From positions 46,431 to 110,430 of the forward strand of contig NZ_DATMRB010000098.1 of the NCBI RefSeq assembly GCF_035566555.1: a stretch of 64,000 bases of DNA. Direction: 5' to 3'. Of the stretch, positions 38,429 through 47,443 are shown in pieces (the stretch's first letter is position 1; every line of letters starts with the position of its first letter). Source of the DNA: Collimonas sp. Lineage in GTDB: Bacteria > Pseudomonadota > Gammaproteobacteria > Burkholderiales > Burkholderiaceae_D. The notes under the pieces are model-generated. The model was not told the DNA's origin and did no database searches. It worked only from the letters and a program-made list of their open reading frames with translations. Position numbers and translations under genes: made by a program.

Positions 38429-39982
38429 ATGAACGCCAATCTCTACGCCCTGTTCGCGTCGCATTTCCCTGCCGATAAAACCGCCTGCTGCATCGAAACC
38501 CATGACGGCCAGTACTACACCTGGGGCGATGTCGAGCGCGCCTCCGCCCGCATCGCCAACCTGTTCAAGAGCCTGGACCTGCCGCGCGGCGCGCGGATTG
38601 CCGTGCAGGTAGAGAAATCGCCGGAAGCCTTGATACTGTACCTGGCGACGCTGCGCGCCGGCTTTGTCTACCTGCCGCTGAATACGGCTTACCGCAGCGC
38701 GGAAATCGAATACTTCATCGGCGATGCCGAGCCCGCGGTGTTCATCTGCTCGCCGAAAAATTTCGGCTGGGTGGCGCAGATCGCCTTCAAGGCCGGCACC
38801 CGGCACCTGTTCACGCTGGATGAAATCAGCAGCGGCAACCAAGGCCGCAATTCCGGCTCGCTGTTGGCGCGCGCCATGCATTTCCCGGACCATTTCGAGA
38901 CCGTGGAAAACCAGGCCGACGACCTCGCCGTCATCTTGTATACCTCCGGGACCACTGGCCGCAGCAAAGGGGCCATGCTCTCGCACGGCAATATCGCATC
39001 GAACGCCAAGGTGCTGCAGCAGTACTGGCACTGGCAAGCCGGCGACGTGCTGCTGCACGCGCTGCCGCTGTTCCATATCCATGGCTTGCTGGTGGCTGCC
39101 AACGGCGCCCTGCTGAATGGCAGCAAGATGATTTTCCTGCCGAAATTCGAGGCCGCCGAAGTCTGCCGCCAGCTGCCGCGCAGCACCATCTTCATGGGCG
39201 TGCCCACCTACTATGTGCGCCTGCTGGCGGCCCAGGGTTTCGACGCCCATGCCTGCCGCAATATCCGCCTGTTCGTGTCCGGTTCGGCGCCTTTGCTGGC
39301 CGATACCTTTGCTGAATTTAAGGTGCGCAGCGGCCACACCATCCTGGAACGCTATGGCATGAGCGAAACCGCCATGCTGACTTCCAATCCCTATGACCGG
39401 GAACGGCGCGGCGGCACGGTCGGCCACCCCTTGCCGGGCGTCTCGCTGCGGCTGGCCGGCAGCGACGGCAGCAGCGTTGGCGGCGCCGGTGAAATCGGCG
39501 ATATCCAGGTAAAAGGTCCGAATGTATTCCAGGGTTACTGGCGCATGCCGGAAAAGACCGCGGAGGAATTCACCGCCGACGGTTATTTCAAGACCGGCGA
39601 TGTCGGCAAGTTCGACGATGACGGCTATCTGGCCATCGTCGGCCGCAGCAAGGACCTGATCATTTCCGGCGGCTATAACGTCTATCCCAAGGAAATCGAA
39701 AGCGTGCTCGATGAGATCGACGGCGTGCTGGAATCAGCGGTGATCGGCATCCCGCACGCCGATTTCGGCGAAGCCGTGACGGCGGTCATCGTCAAGCGGC
39801 CGGACGCCAAGCTGACCACTGCCGGCGTGATCGAACTGATGAAAAGCAGCATCGCCAACTTCAAGGTGCCGAAGCAAGTGTTCTTCGCCGATGAGCTGCC
39901 GCGCAACACCATGGGCAAGGTGCAAAAGAACCTGCTGCGCGAACACTATGCCAAGCAGGCAGCCGTTACCGTCACGCCTTGA
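38429..39982 (+). CDS. AMP-dependent synthetase/ligase, MatB-like (malonyl-CoA synthetase family)
   Basis: ..RIAVQVEKSPEALILYLATLRAGFVYLPLNTAYRSAEIEYFIGDAEP.. closely resembles rhizobial MatB as I remember it. The AMP-binding motif is YTSGTTGRSKGA. Also GYWRMPEKT and KTGD. Confidence 0.75.
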   Translation: MNANLYALFASHFPADKTACCIETHDGQYYTWGDVERASARIANLFKSLDLPRGARIAVQVEKSPEALILYLATLRAGFVYLPLNTAYRSAEIEYFIGDAEPAVFICSPKNFGWVAQIAFKAGTRHLFTLDEISSGNQGRNSGSLLARAMHFPDHFETVENQADDLAVILYTSGTTGRSKGAMLSHGNIASNAKVLQQYWHWQAGDVLLHALPLFHIHGLLVAANGALLNGSKMIFLPKFEAAEVCRQLPRSTIFMGVPTYYVRLLAAQGFDAHACRNIRLFVSGSAPLLADTFAEFKVRSGHTILERYGMSETAMLTSNPYDRERRGGTVGHPLPGVSLRLAGSDGSSVGGAGEIGDIQVKGPNVFQGYWRMPEKTAEEFTADGYFKTGDVGKFDDDGYLAIVGRSKDLIISGGYNVYPKEIESVLDEIDGVLESAVIGIPHADFGEAVTAVIVKRPDAKLTTAGVIELMKSSIANFKVPKQVFFADELPRNTMGKVQKNLLREHYAKQAAVTVTP

Positions 39983-40433
39983 GCAGCTTGCCGATGTGGC
40001 GCCATTCGGCGGCGCTGACCGGCGTGATGGAAAGCCGGTTGCCGCGCCGCAGGATCTGCATTTCGGCCAGCGCTTCCTGTGCGCGCAGTTCGGCCAAAGG
40101 GAGGAGCCGGGTTTTCTTGAGCGCCTTGACATCGACCAGCATCCAGCGCGGATTTTCACGCTCGGCCTTGGCATCGAAATATTTGCTCTTGGAATCGAAC
40201 TGGGTATCGTCCGGATAGGGTGTGCTCGCCACTTCCGCCAGGCCGGCGATGCCCGGCACCGCACAGCCGGAGTGGTAGAACAGTACGCCGTCGCCGACCT
40301 TCATCAGGTCGCGCATGAAATTGCGCGCTTGATAATTGCGTACGCCATACCAGGCAATCGTCTGCCCGGGCATGCCCAGCACATCGTCGATGCTGGCGTC
40401 GTCCGGCTCGGATTTCATTAGCCAATAATTCAT
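39972..40433 (-). CDS. EVE (PUA-like) domain protein
   Basis: MNYWLMKSEPDD.SIDDV...WYGVRNYQARNFMRDLMKVGDGVLFYHS... is the typical small EVE-protein sequence. Its 3' end overlaps the MatB-like gene by 11 nt (convergent). Confidence 0.85.
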   Translation of the reverse strand: MNYWLMKSEPDDASIDDVLGMPGQTIAWYGVRNYQARNFMRDLMKVGDGVLFYHSGCAVPGIAGLAEVASTPYPDDTQFDSKSKYFDAKAERENPRWMLVDVKALKKTRLLPLAELRAQEALAEMQILRRGNRLSITPVSAAEWRHIGKLLKA

Positions 40434-40502
40434 GTGGTCTCTTTCCGCTGTTCTACAGGCATCGCAACAGGCCGCAAAAAACGCAAAAGCAAAGCCGCAA
40501 AA

Positions 40503-40716
40503 GAAAAAGCGGCTGCATGGTTATGCAACCGCTTCAGAATCAAGTCCCGCCTGTGCCGCTTTGTCGGCATCCTGAACCAAAGCGATTCAAGTTGGCCGCA
40601 GTTAGTTCAACTTCGGGCTCATCGGACTAGCGACGCTCACACCTGTCGAACAAAATTCCGCAGCCGGTGCGTATAAATGGTTCAAGGATTTTATGACAAT
40701 CGCGAACACGGCAGGA
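40503..40716 (-). ncRNA. ssrS: Candidate 6S RNA with an intrinsic terminator. End coordinates are approximate.
   Basis: It lies immediately downstream of zapA on the same strand, as in E. coli. A good sigma-70 promoter lies upstream. By hand folding, the 5' segment cctgccgtgttcgcgattgtcat-aaaa-tccttgaacc pairs with the 3' segment ggttcagga-tgccgacaaagcggcacaggcggg. This forms a long interrupted closing helix around a large internal region. A terminator hairpin agcggttgcat-aac-catgcagccgct and a U-run follow. No plausible ORF. Confidence 0.6.
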
Positions 40717-40722
40717 GTGAGT

Positions 40723-40750
40723 AGTCTACTCCAAACAACTTCCAAGTCAA
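40723..40750 (-). promoter_or_regulatory. Sigma-70-type promoter for the candidate 6S RNA
   Basis: The reverse strand reads TTGACT-N16-TAGACT, between the zapA stop and the structured RNA. Confidence 0.5.
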
Positions 40751-40787
40751 ACCCTTTGCCGCAAGTTTTTTCTTGGATTTCGCCGCC

Positions 40788-41099
40788 TCAGAACAGGTCT
40801 TCCTGGGCCGCCAGGGCGTCATCCAGCACGGTATGCATCGCCGCAATGTTCTGCTTCACTTCCGACACCGTCAGCTCGGACAACGGCCCCGAAGGCGCCT
40901 TGCTGCTCAATAATTCAGCAGCAATCCCGAGCGCGGCAATCACGGCGATGCGGTCGTTGCCGCGAATCTTGCCGGCGTCGCGGATCGCTGTCATTTTACC
41001 GTCGAGGTAGCTCACCGCTTCCTGCAGGGCGTTTTCTTCGCCTTCCTTGCAGGACAGGGTATATGGCTGGCCCATGATGTTGACGCTTAACTGGCTCAT
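40788..41099 (-). CDS. zapA: Cell division protein ZapA
   Basis: MSQLSVNIMGQPYTLSCKEGEENALQEAVSYLDGKMTAIRDAGKIRGNDRIAVIAALGIAAEL is a typical ZapA N-domain followed by a coiled-coil tail. Confidence 0.9.
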   Translation of the reverse strand: MSQLSVNIMGQPYTLSCKEGEENALQEAVSYLDGKMTAIRDAGKIRGNDRIAVIAALGIAAELLSSKAPSGPLSELTVSEVKQNIAAMHTVLDDALAAQEDLF

Positions 41100-41341
41100 G
41101 CAAGCTCCTTATCCTGCGGCGACGACGGCAATGCCGGCAATTTCTCAAGTAAGGCGGCAACGCGCCGGTGCGCTTCGTCTATCCGCTGTTGTAATTCTGC
41201 ATTCTGGCGTTGCAGGTCCTCGCTCTCGCTCTGCAAATCCTTGGCACGCAGGCGCAAATCGACATTTTCGCGGCGCAGAGCGTGCGTCAGCTCGGCCAGC
41301 TGGCCTATTTTTTCTGATAATTGATGGAATTCTGAAATCAT
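41096..41341 (-). CDS. Small coiled-coil protein, ZapB-like (TIGR02449-type), co-oriented with and overlapping zapA
   Basis: 81 aa with a continuous heptad-like sequence: ..LSEKIGQLAELTHALRRENVDLRLRAKDLQSESEDLQRQNAELQQRIDEAHRRV... ATGA-type 4-nt overlap with zapA. Confidence 0.65.
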   Translation of the reverse strand: MISEFHQLSEKIGQLAELTHALRRENVDLRLRAKDLQSESEDLQRQNAELQQRIDEAHRRVAALLEKLPALPSSPQDKELA

Positions 41342-41409
41342 TTTGTCACTATAGTGTTGCTTAGGAAATTACGTCAATAGATTCGATCAATCAATCTCGC
41401 GCTTGGTGA

Positions 41410-41919
41410 TCAGGTCTTCACTGGCGCCAGACGCTTGAGCACAAAGCCGTAGGCCAATGATTGCAATAATGCCACGGTACTGCCGGCGATCACTTCACCG
41501 ACGCGCAATAACGCATATTCAAGTTCCTGGTGCAGCCCCTTGCCGCCGATCGCCGCCGACATCAGGATCACCACGGTGGCCGGTCCCAGGCGCCAGTTGG
41601 CCGGATAGTTTTGCAACAGCATGGCAACCAGCACCGATACCGCCAGCGCGATCAGCAAGGACAGGAAGCCCGGGCCGAACAATACCAGCGCCAGGCAAGC
41701 CACCACGCAGCCGTTCAGGGTATTGATCAGGCGCGCCTTGAAACTGGCCTTGGCCAGGTTGATGTCCGGTTCAGTCACGATGATCAGCGAAATCATGGCC
41801 CAGTAAGGCTCCTGCAAACCCAGCGCGCGCAAGCCATACCATGTGATCAGGGCGCCGGTAAGTATCTTGACCAGATAAACCAGCGCATTCTTTTTGGGGC
41901 TGATGAACTGAAATTCCAT
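41410..41919 (-). CDS. Short FUSC/aromatic-acid-exporter-like integral membrane protein (169 aa)
   Basis: Contains ..GLQEPYWAMISLIIV.. and ..ARLINTLNGCVVA.., segments typical of the FUSC/ArAE membrane domain. About 5 hydrophobic helices. Confidence 0.6.
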   Translation of the reverse strand: MEFQFISPKKNALVYLVKILTGALITWYGLRALGLQEPYWAMISLIIVTEPDINLAKASFKARLINTLNGCVVACLALVLFGPGFLSLLIALAVSVLVAMLLQNYPANWRLGPATVVILMSAAIGGKGLHQELEYALLRVGEVIAGSTVALLQSLAYGFVLKRLAPVKT

Positions 41920-42138
41920 TGGTCCTTGCCTGTCGGTTTTAATACAGCGCGAGCGCCATTCTAGCCGAGAACCGGGATCACCCGATATTTTACGTTACAC
42001 GGCAGCTGATGCAGGAACGTTCCAAGCGCCTCGGCTGTCACATTTATGGATTGCCATTCTGGCTAGAAAACCCTATATTCATTCAACGAAATTATCCACC
42101 AGGGCGCTTGCCTGCAGCGCCCGGCTATCGAGGAAACC

Positions 42139-43356
42139 ATGCCGACGCCATTATCGATTTCCCGTCTGTCCCGCCGGACGACCTTCTCCATCGCACTCAC
42201 CGCCCTATTCGCCATGACCAGCCTGCCCCTCCAAGCCGAAACACCCGCGACTCCCGTACAGTTCGCCTATGTTGGAACATATAACCCTAACGGCGAAGGA
42301 GTCTATCTGTTCAAGGTCGACGGCCAGTCCGGTGCGCTCAGCCGGGCCGGCCTTGCCAGCAGCCAGCCTAATCCGGCACAGCTGACCGCAGGCCTGGATG
42401 GCAAGACCTTGTATGTGGCCAGCGAAATCGCCAACTACAAGGATGGCCAGCACGGCAGCGTGGCGGCCTATGCCGTCAACCGCACCGACGGCGCGCTGAG
42501 CAAGTTGAATGAGCAGGATTCGCAAGGCGCGACACCGGCCTTCGTGACGCTTTCGGCCCAGGGAAAACATCTATTCGCCGCCAACTACGGCGGCGGCTCG
42601 GTGGCAGTGTTTCCGCTGGGCGCCGACGGCAGTCTGCAGCCGGCCTCATCGGTACAGCAAAGCAGCGGCACCCCCGGCGCAGCAAGGCCGGAAGCGGCGG
42701 TCGTCGGCAGCTTCACCGCCAGCGACCATAACGGACCGCATGCGCACATGATCGCCAGCGACCCCAGCGGCCGCTTCGTGTTCTCCACCGACCTCGGGCT
42801 GGACCGCATCTACCAGTGGCGCTTCGACCAGACCAGCGGCCGCCTGAGCCCGAACATGCCGGCGTTCATCAAGGCGTCCTCGGCCGGCGCCGGGCCGCGC
42901 CACTTCGTCTTTCATCCCAACGGCAAGTACGTGTATGTCATCAACGAAGAATCGTCGACGCTGACGCTGTATCACTTCGACCAGGCCAAGGGCACTTTGC
43001 AGGAACAGGATTCAGTCTCGACCTTGCCGAAAAACTACCAGGGCACGAATTTCGCCTCGGGCCTGATCCTCAGCCCCGACGGCCGCTTCGCCTATGTCGC
43101 CAACCGGCTGCGCAACAGCATTGCGCAGTTTGCCATCGGCGCCGAGGGCAAGCTGACCTGGGTGGAGGATACCTGGACCCGCGGCGATTATCCGCGCAGC
43201 ATCGTGATCGGGCCGCAAGGGCGCTTCATGTATGCGCTGAACCAGCGCAGCGACAACATCACCCAGTTCGCCATCGACAAGCAAAGCGGCAGGCTGGAAT
43301 TCATCGACCGCTATACCGGGCTGGGCAGCCCGTCGCAGATGGTGTTCCTGCCGTAA
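42139..43356 (+). CDS. Secreted lactonase-family 7-bladed beta-propeller protein (6-phosphogluconolactonase / cycloisomerase-2 type)
   Basis: Signal peptide ..FAMTSLPLQAET. Repeated blade signatures: ..GPRHFVFHPNGKYVYVINEESSTLTLY.., ..GRFAYVANRLRNSIAQFAI.., ..RSIVIGPQGRFMYALNQRSDNITQFAI... Confidence 0.8.
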   Translation: MPTPLSISRLSRRTTFSIALTALFAMTSLPLQAETPATPVQFAYVGTYNPNGEGVYLFKVDGQSGALSRAGLASSQPNPAQLTAGLDGKTLYVASEIANYKDGQHGSVAAYAVNRTDGALSKLNEQDSQGATPAFVTLSAQGKHLFAANYGGGSVAVFPLGADGSLQPASSVQQSSGTPGAARPEAAVVGSFTASDHNGPHAHMIASDPSGRFVFSTDLGLDRIYQWRFDQTSGRLSPNMPAFIKASSAGAGPRHFVFHPNGKYVYVINEESSTLTLYHFDQAKGTLQEQDSVSTLPKNYQGTNFASGLILSPDGRFAYVANRLRNSIAQFAIGAEGKLTWVEDTWTRGDYPRSIVIGPQGRFMYALNQRSDNITQFAIDKQSGRLEFIDRYTGLGSPSQMVFLP

Positions 43357-43357
43357 T

Positions 43358-43582
43358 TTATTTGAGGACGGCGGCGTGCAGGCGGATGGCTTCCTGCACG
43401 AACGGCATCAGTTCGGCGCCGCCTTCGTGGTCGACATAGGCCAGCAGTTCGCGCCGCATGCGCGGCTCCCAGCTACGCTTCAGATGAGTGATCAGGTCCG
43501 TCATGGCTTGCGGACGGTCCGGCATGGTGTCAAAAAATGCGCCGATCTGATTCGCCATTTTCACCAGATGTTCCAGATTCAT
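43358..43582 (-). CDS. fdsD: Formate dehydrogenase delta subunit
   Basis: 74 aa: MNLEHLVKMANQIGAFF...HLKRSWEPRMR. It is the last gene of the fds operon. Confidence 0.8.
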   Translation of the reverse strand: MNLEHLVKMANQIGAFFDTMPDRPQAMTDLITHLKRSWEPRMRRELLAYVDHEGGAELMPFVQEAIRLHAAVLK

Positions 43583-43620
43583 TGCGTCTACCTTTTCTGC
43601 TGCAAGACTGTGTTTAAGAA

Positions 43621-44445
43621 CTAAGCTGGCGCCAGGCGCTGCGGATGGGCATACACCACGTGGCCCGGCTGCCGCACGAAACCCAGCAGGGTGACGCCGG
43701 CCTGCTCCGCCAGCCGGATTGCCAGCGCAGTCGGCGCCGAGACCGCGACGATGAAGCCGCAGCCCATGCTGGCTGCCTTCTGTACCATTTCATAACTGGC
43801 GCGGCTGGTGATCAATATCGCGCCGCTGGCAAAATCCACCGGCGGATCCAGCTGCATCAGGCCGCCGATCAATTTATCGAGCGCGTTGTGGCGGCCGACA
43901 TCTTCCCGCACCAGGCCGATATTTCCATCCGCTTGCAACCAGGCCGCGGCGTGCGTCGCTCCCGTAACCTGCTGCAAATGCTGTTGCTTCTGCATCTCCG
44001 CCATCGCCGCGTAAATCGCCGCCGCGGAAAAGCGCGCATGCGACACTACCGGCGCCGGCTTGCGCACTGCCTGCTGCAAGGTTTCCGCCCCGCACAAGCC
44101 GCAGCCGGTGCGGCCGGTCAGGTTGCGCCGCTTTTCCTTGAGCGCCACGAAGCGTTCCGTGGCGATCTGCATCTGCACCTGGATCCCCTCTTCAGCCATG
44201 ACTATGTCGCAATCGAACAGCTCGCTGCGGTCTTGCAAGATGCCTTCCGTCAGGGAAAAGCCCAAGGCAAAATCTTCCAGATCGGCCGGCGAGGCCATCA
44301 TCACCGCGTGCGAAATGCCGTTGTACTCCAGCGCCACCGGCACTTCTTCTGCCACCATATCGTGGCTGCGGCTGTTGCTGACACCGCCGTTACGCCAGCG
44401 CTCCACTGCTACCTCGGTGCTGCTGGCGTATTCTGGTAAGGCCAT
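43621..44445 (-). CDS. fdhD: Formate dehydrogenase accessory sulfurtransferase FdhD (FdsC)
   Basis: ..EEVPVALEYNGISHAVMMASPADLEDFALGFSLTEGI.. and the catalytic loop GRTGCGLCG. Confidence 0.9.
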   Translation of the reverse strand: MALPEYASSTEVAVERWRNGGVSNSRSHDMVAEEVPVALEYNGISHAVMMASPADLEDFALGFSLTEGILQDRSELFDCDIVMAEEGIQVQMQIATERFVALKEKRRNLTGRTGCGLCGAETLQQAVRKPAPVVSHARFSAAAIYAAMAEMQKQQHLQQVTGATHAAAWLQADGNIGLVREDVGRHNALDKLIGGLMQLDPPVDFASGAILITSRASYEMVQKAASMGCGFIVAVSAPTALAIRLAEQAGVTLLGFVRQPGHVVYAHPQRLAPA

Positions 44446-44463
44446 ATGCTTTCCTCTGTACTG

Positions 44464-47334
44464 TTATTTGGTGACGGCTGCCTCCGTCCCATGCTCCGCC
44501 TGTCCTTGCAGCAGTTTCAGCTGCTGCTCGGTAAAGCGGCTGAACTGTTGCTGCCATGTGGACGGCTGGCTGACCGGCAGCACCTGCACCGCGGTGACCT
44601 TGTATTCCGGACAATTGGTGGCCCAGTCCGAATTATCGGTGGTGATCACGTTGGCGCCCGATTCCGGGAAGTGGAAGGTAGTGTAAACCACGCCCGGCTG
44701 CACCCGCTCGGTCACTGTCGCCCGCAGCACGGTCTGGCCGGCGCGCGATTCGATGCCGACCCAGTCGTCGTCCTTGATGCCGCGGTCCTCAGCGTCGTGC
44801 GGATGGATTTCCAGCCGGTCTTCGCTATGCCATTCGACGTTCTCGGTGCGGCGGGTCTGGGCGCCGACATTATATTGCGAGAGGATGCGGCCGGTGGTCA
44901 GGATCAATGGGAATTTCAGCGTCACTTTTTCATCGGTAGCGAAGTACTGGGTATTGATGAACTTTCCCTTGCCGCGCACGAACTGGCCGATATGCATGAT
45001 CGGCGTGCCTTGCGGCGCTTCGTCGTTGCACGGCCACTGCAGGCTGCCGGCTTGGTCCAGCTTGGCGTAGCTGACACCGTGGAAGGTCGGCGTCAAGGCC
45101 GCGATCTCGTCCATGATCTGCGATGGATGCGTGTAGTTCATCGGATAACCCAGCGCATTGGACAGCGCCACGGTCACTTCCCAGTCCGATTTCCCGGCCT
45201 TGGCCGGCATCACCTTGCGTACCCGCGAAATGCGGCGTTCCGCGTTGGTGAACGTGCCGTCCTTTTCCAGGAACGAGGAACCTGGTAGGAACACATGTGC
45301 GTACTTGGCAGTCTCGTTGAGGAACAGGTCTTGCACGACGATGCATTCCATCGCCGCCATGGCGGCGGTGACGTGCTGGGTGTTCGGGTCCGACTGCACG
45401 ATATCTTCGCCTTCGCAGTACAGCCCCATGAAGCTGCCGTCCAGCGCGGCATCGAACATGTTCGGAATGCGCAAACCCGGTTCCGGACTGAGCGTAACGC
45501 CCCAGACCTGTTCAAACTCGCCGCGCACGGTGCTGTCGGAGACGTGGCGATAACCCGGCAGTTCATGCGGAAAGGAGCCCATGTCGCAGGAGCCCTGCAC
45601 ATTGTTCTGGCCGCGCAGCGGATTGACGCCGACACCTTCGCGGCCGACATTGCCGGTCGCCATCGCCAGGTTGGCGATGCCGATCACCATGGTCGAACCT
45701 TGCGCATGTTCGGTGACGCCGAGGCCGTAGTAGATGGCGCCGTTGGCGGCGCTGGCATACAGACGCGCGGCGCCGCGCAGCTGCTCGGCCGGCACGCCGG
45801 TGATCTCGGCCGCGGCTTCCGGCGAGTGCTCCGGACGCAGCACGAATTCCTTCCAGTCGGTATACGACTTCTGATCGCAACGCTCGGCGACGAAGTCCGG
45901 CTTTTCCAGGCCTTCCGACAGGATCACATACGCCAGTGCAGTGATCAGCGCAACGTTGGTGCCCGGGCGCAGCTTCAGGTGGAACGCCGCCTGCACATGC
46001 GGCGACTTGACCATGTCGGTAGTACGCGGATCGACCACGATCAATTGTGCGCCCTGGCGCAAGCGACGCTTCATCTGCGAGGCAAACACCGGATGCGCGG
46101 CGACTGGATTGGCGCCGATCACCATGATCACGTCGGCCTGCATGACCGAATCGAAGGTCTGGGTGCCGGCCGATTCGCCCAGCGTCTGCTTGAGGCCGTA
46201 GCCGGTGGGTGAATGGCAAACCCGGGCGCAGGTATCGACGTTATTGTTGCCGAACGCCGCCCGCACCAGCTTTTGCACCAGATAGGTCTCTTCGTTGGTG
46301 CAGCGTGAAGAGGTAATGCCGCCTATCGAATCCTTGCCGTACTTGGCCTGGATGCGGCGGAATTCGCCGGCCGCATAGGCCAGCGCTTCATCCCACGACA
46401 CTTCGCGCCAGGGATCGGTGATCTTGCTGCGTATCATGGGCTTGGTGATGCGGTCCTTGTGCGTCGCATAGCCCCAGGCAAAGCGGCCCTTGACGCAGGA
46501 GTGGCCATGGTTGGCCTGGCCATCCTTGTGCGGCACCATGCGCACCACCTGGTTGCCCTTCATCTCCGCCTTGAACGAACAGCCGACCCCGCAATAGGCG
46601 CAGGTGGTGATCGCGCTGTGCTCAGCCTGGCCCAGCATGATCACGGTCTTTTCGGTCAGGGTGGCGGTCGGGCAGGCTTGCACGCAGGCGCCGCAAGAGA
46701 CGCATTCGGAATCCATGAAATCCTGCATCTGGCCGGCCGACACGCGCGATTCGAAACCGCGGCCGTCGATGGTCAACGCGAAGGTGCCCTGGGTTTCTTC
46801 ACATGCACGCACGCAACGGTTGCAGACGATGCATTTGGAGGGATCGTAGGTGAAGTAAGGATTCGATTCATCCTTCTTCATTTTCAGATGGTTCTCGCCT
46901 TCGTAGCCGTAGCGTACTTCGCGCAGGCCGGTGACGCCTGCCATGTCCTGCAGTTCGCAATTGCCGTTGGTCGGGCAGGTCAGGCAGTCGAGCGGATGGT
47001 CGGAAATATAGAGCTCCATGACGCCGCGCCGGATATCGGCCAGTTTAGGCGTCTGGGTACGGACCTTCATGCCAGGCTCGCACGGCGTGGTGCAGGAAGC
47101 CGGATAGCCTTTGCGGCCGTCGATCTCCACCAGGCACAGGCGGCAGGAACCAAACGGTTCCAGGCTGTCGGTAGCGCATAGCTTGGGGACGTTGATGCCG
47201 GCCTCGACTGCGGCCCGCATCACCGAAGTGCCGGCCGCGACTTCGACGTTGACGCCGTCGATTTCGAGGGTCACCAGCTGGGTAGCCGTTTTGGCGGGAG
47301 TGCCGTAGTCGAGTTCGTTAAGCTGATTCATCAC
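44464..47334 (-). CDS. fdsA: NAD-dependent formate dehydrogenase alpha subunit (Mo-bisPGD, NuoG-like N-terminus)
   Basis: 956 aa. N-terminal 2Fe-2S and 4Fe-4S Cys clusters (CRLCLVEI, CVSCGACVQACP, CAYCGVGC). Molybdopterin domain with ..DTCARVCHSPTG.., so the Mo ligand is Cys. There is no in-frame TGA. Confidence 0.95.
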   Translation of the reverse strand: MMNQLNELDYGTPAKTATQLVTLEIDGVNVEVAAGTSVMRAAVEAGINVPKLCATDSLEPFGSCRLCLVEIDGRKGYPASCTTPCEPGMKVRTQTPKLADIRRGVMELYISDHPLDCLTCPTNGNCELQDMAGVTGLREVRYGYEGENHLKMKKDESNPYFTYDPSKCIVCNRCVRACEETQGTFALTIDGRGFESRVSAGQMQDFMDSECVSCGACVQACPTATLTEKTVIMLGQAEHSAITTCAYCGVGCSFKAEMKGNQVVRMVPHKDGQANHGHSCVKGRFAWGYATHKDRITKPMIRSKITDPWREVSWDEALAYAAGEFRRIQAKYGKDSIGGITSSRCTNEETYLVQKLVRAAFGNNNVDTCARVCHSPTGYGLKQTLGESAGTQTFDSVMQADVIMVIGANPVAAHPVFASQMKRRLRQGAQLIVVDPRTTDMVKSPHVQAAFHLKLRPGTNVALITALAYVILSEGLEKPDFVAERCDQKSYTDWKEFVLRPEHSPEAAAEITGVPAEQLRGAARLYASAANGAIYYGLGVTEHAQGSTMVIGIANLAMATGNVGREGVGVNPLRGQNNVQGSCDMGSFPHELPGYRHVSDSTVRGEFEQVWGVTLSPEPGLRIPNMFDAALDGSFMGLYCEGEDIVQSDPNTQHVTAAMAAMECIVVQDLFLNETAKYAHVFLPGSSFLEKDGTFTNAERRISRVRKVMPAKAGKSDWEVTVALSNALGYPMNYTHPSQIMDEIAALTPTFHGVSYAKLDQAGSLQWPCNDEAPQGTPIMHIGQFVRGKGKFINTQYFATDEKVTLKFPLILTTGRILSQYNVGAQTRRTENVEWHSEDRLEIHPHDAEDRGIKDDDWVGIESRAGQTVLRATVTERVQPGVVYTTFHFPESGANVITTDNSDWATNCPEYKVTAVQVLPVSQPSTWQQQFSRFTEQQLKLLQGQAEHGTEAAVTK

Positions 47335-47372
47335 ATACTCCTGGTTCCGACAAATTTTTTATCCATCGCTGT

Positions 47373-47443
47373 GTAGGGTGGGCACGCTTTTGTGCCCACG
47401 CTGTAGCGCTGTCCGCGTGGGCACAAAAGCGTGCCCACCCTAC
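47373..47443. repeat. Perfect 29-bp inverted repeat (REP-like) in the fdsB-fdsA intergenic gap
   Basis: GTAGGGTGGGCACGCTTTTGTGCCCACGC (47373-47401) and its exact reverse complement (47415-47443) are separated by 13 nt. Each arm also contains its own 8-bp hairpin (GTGGGCAC/GTGCCCAC). Confidence 0.9.

Noticed and set aside
44464-47334. Possible selenocysteine (in-frame TGA) in the formate dehydrogenase alpha subunit.
   Set aside because: The ORF is uninterrupted, and the Mo-ligand position reads Cys (..CARVCHSPTG..). No SECIS-type recoding is required.
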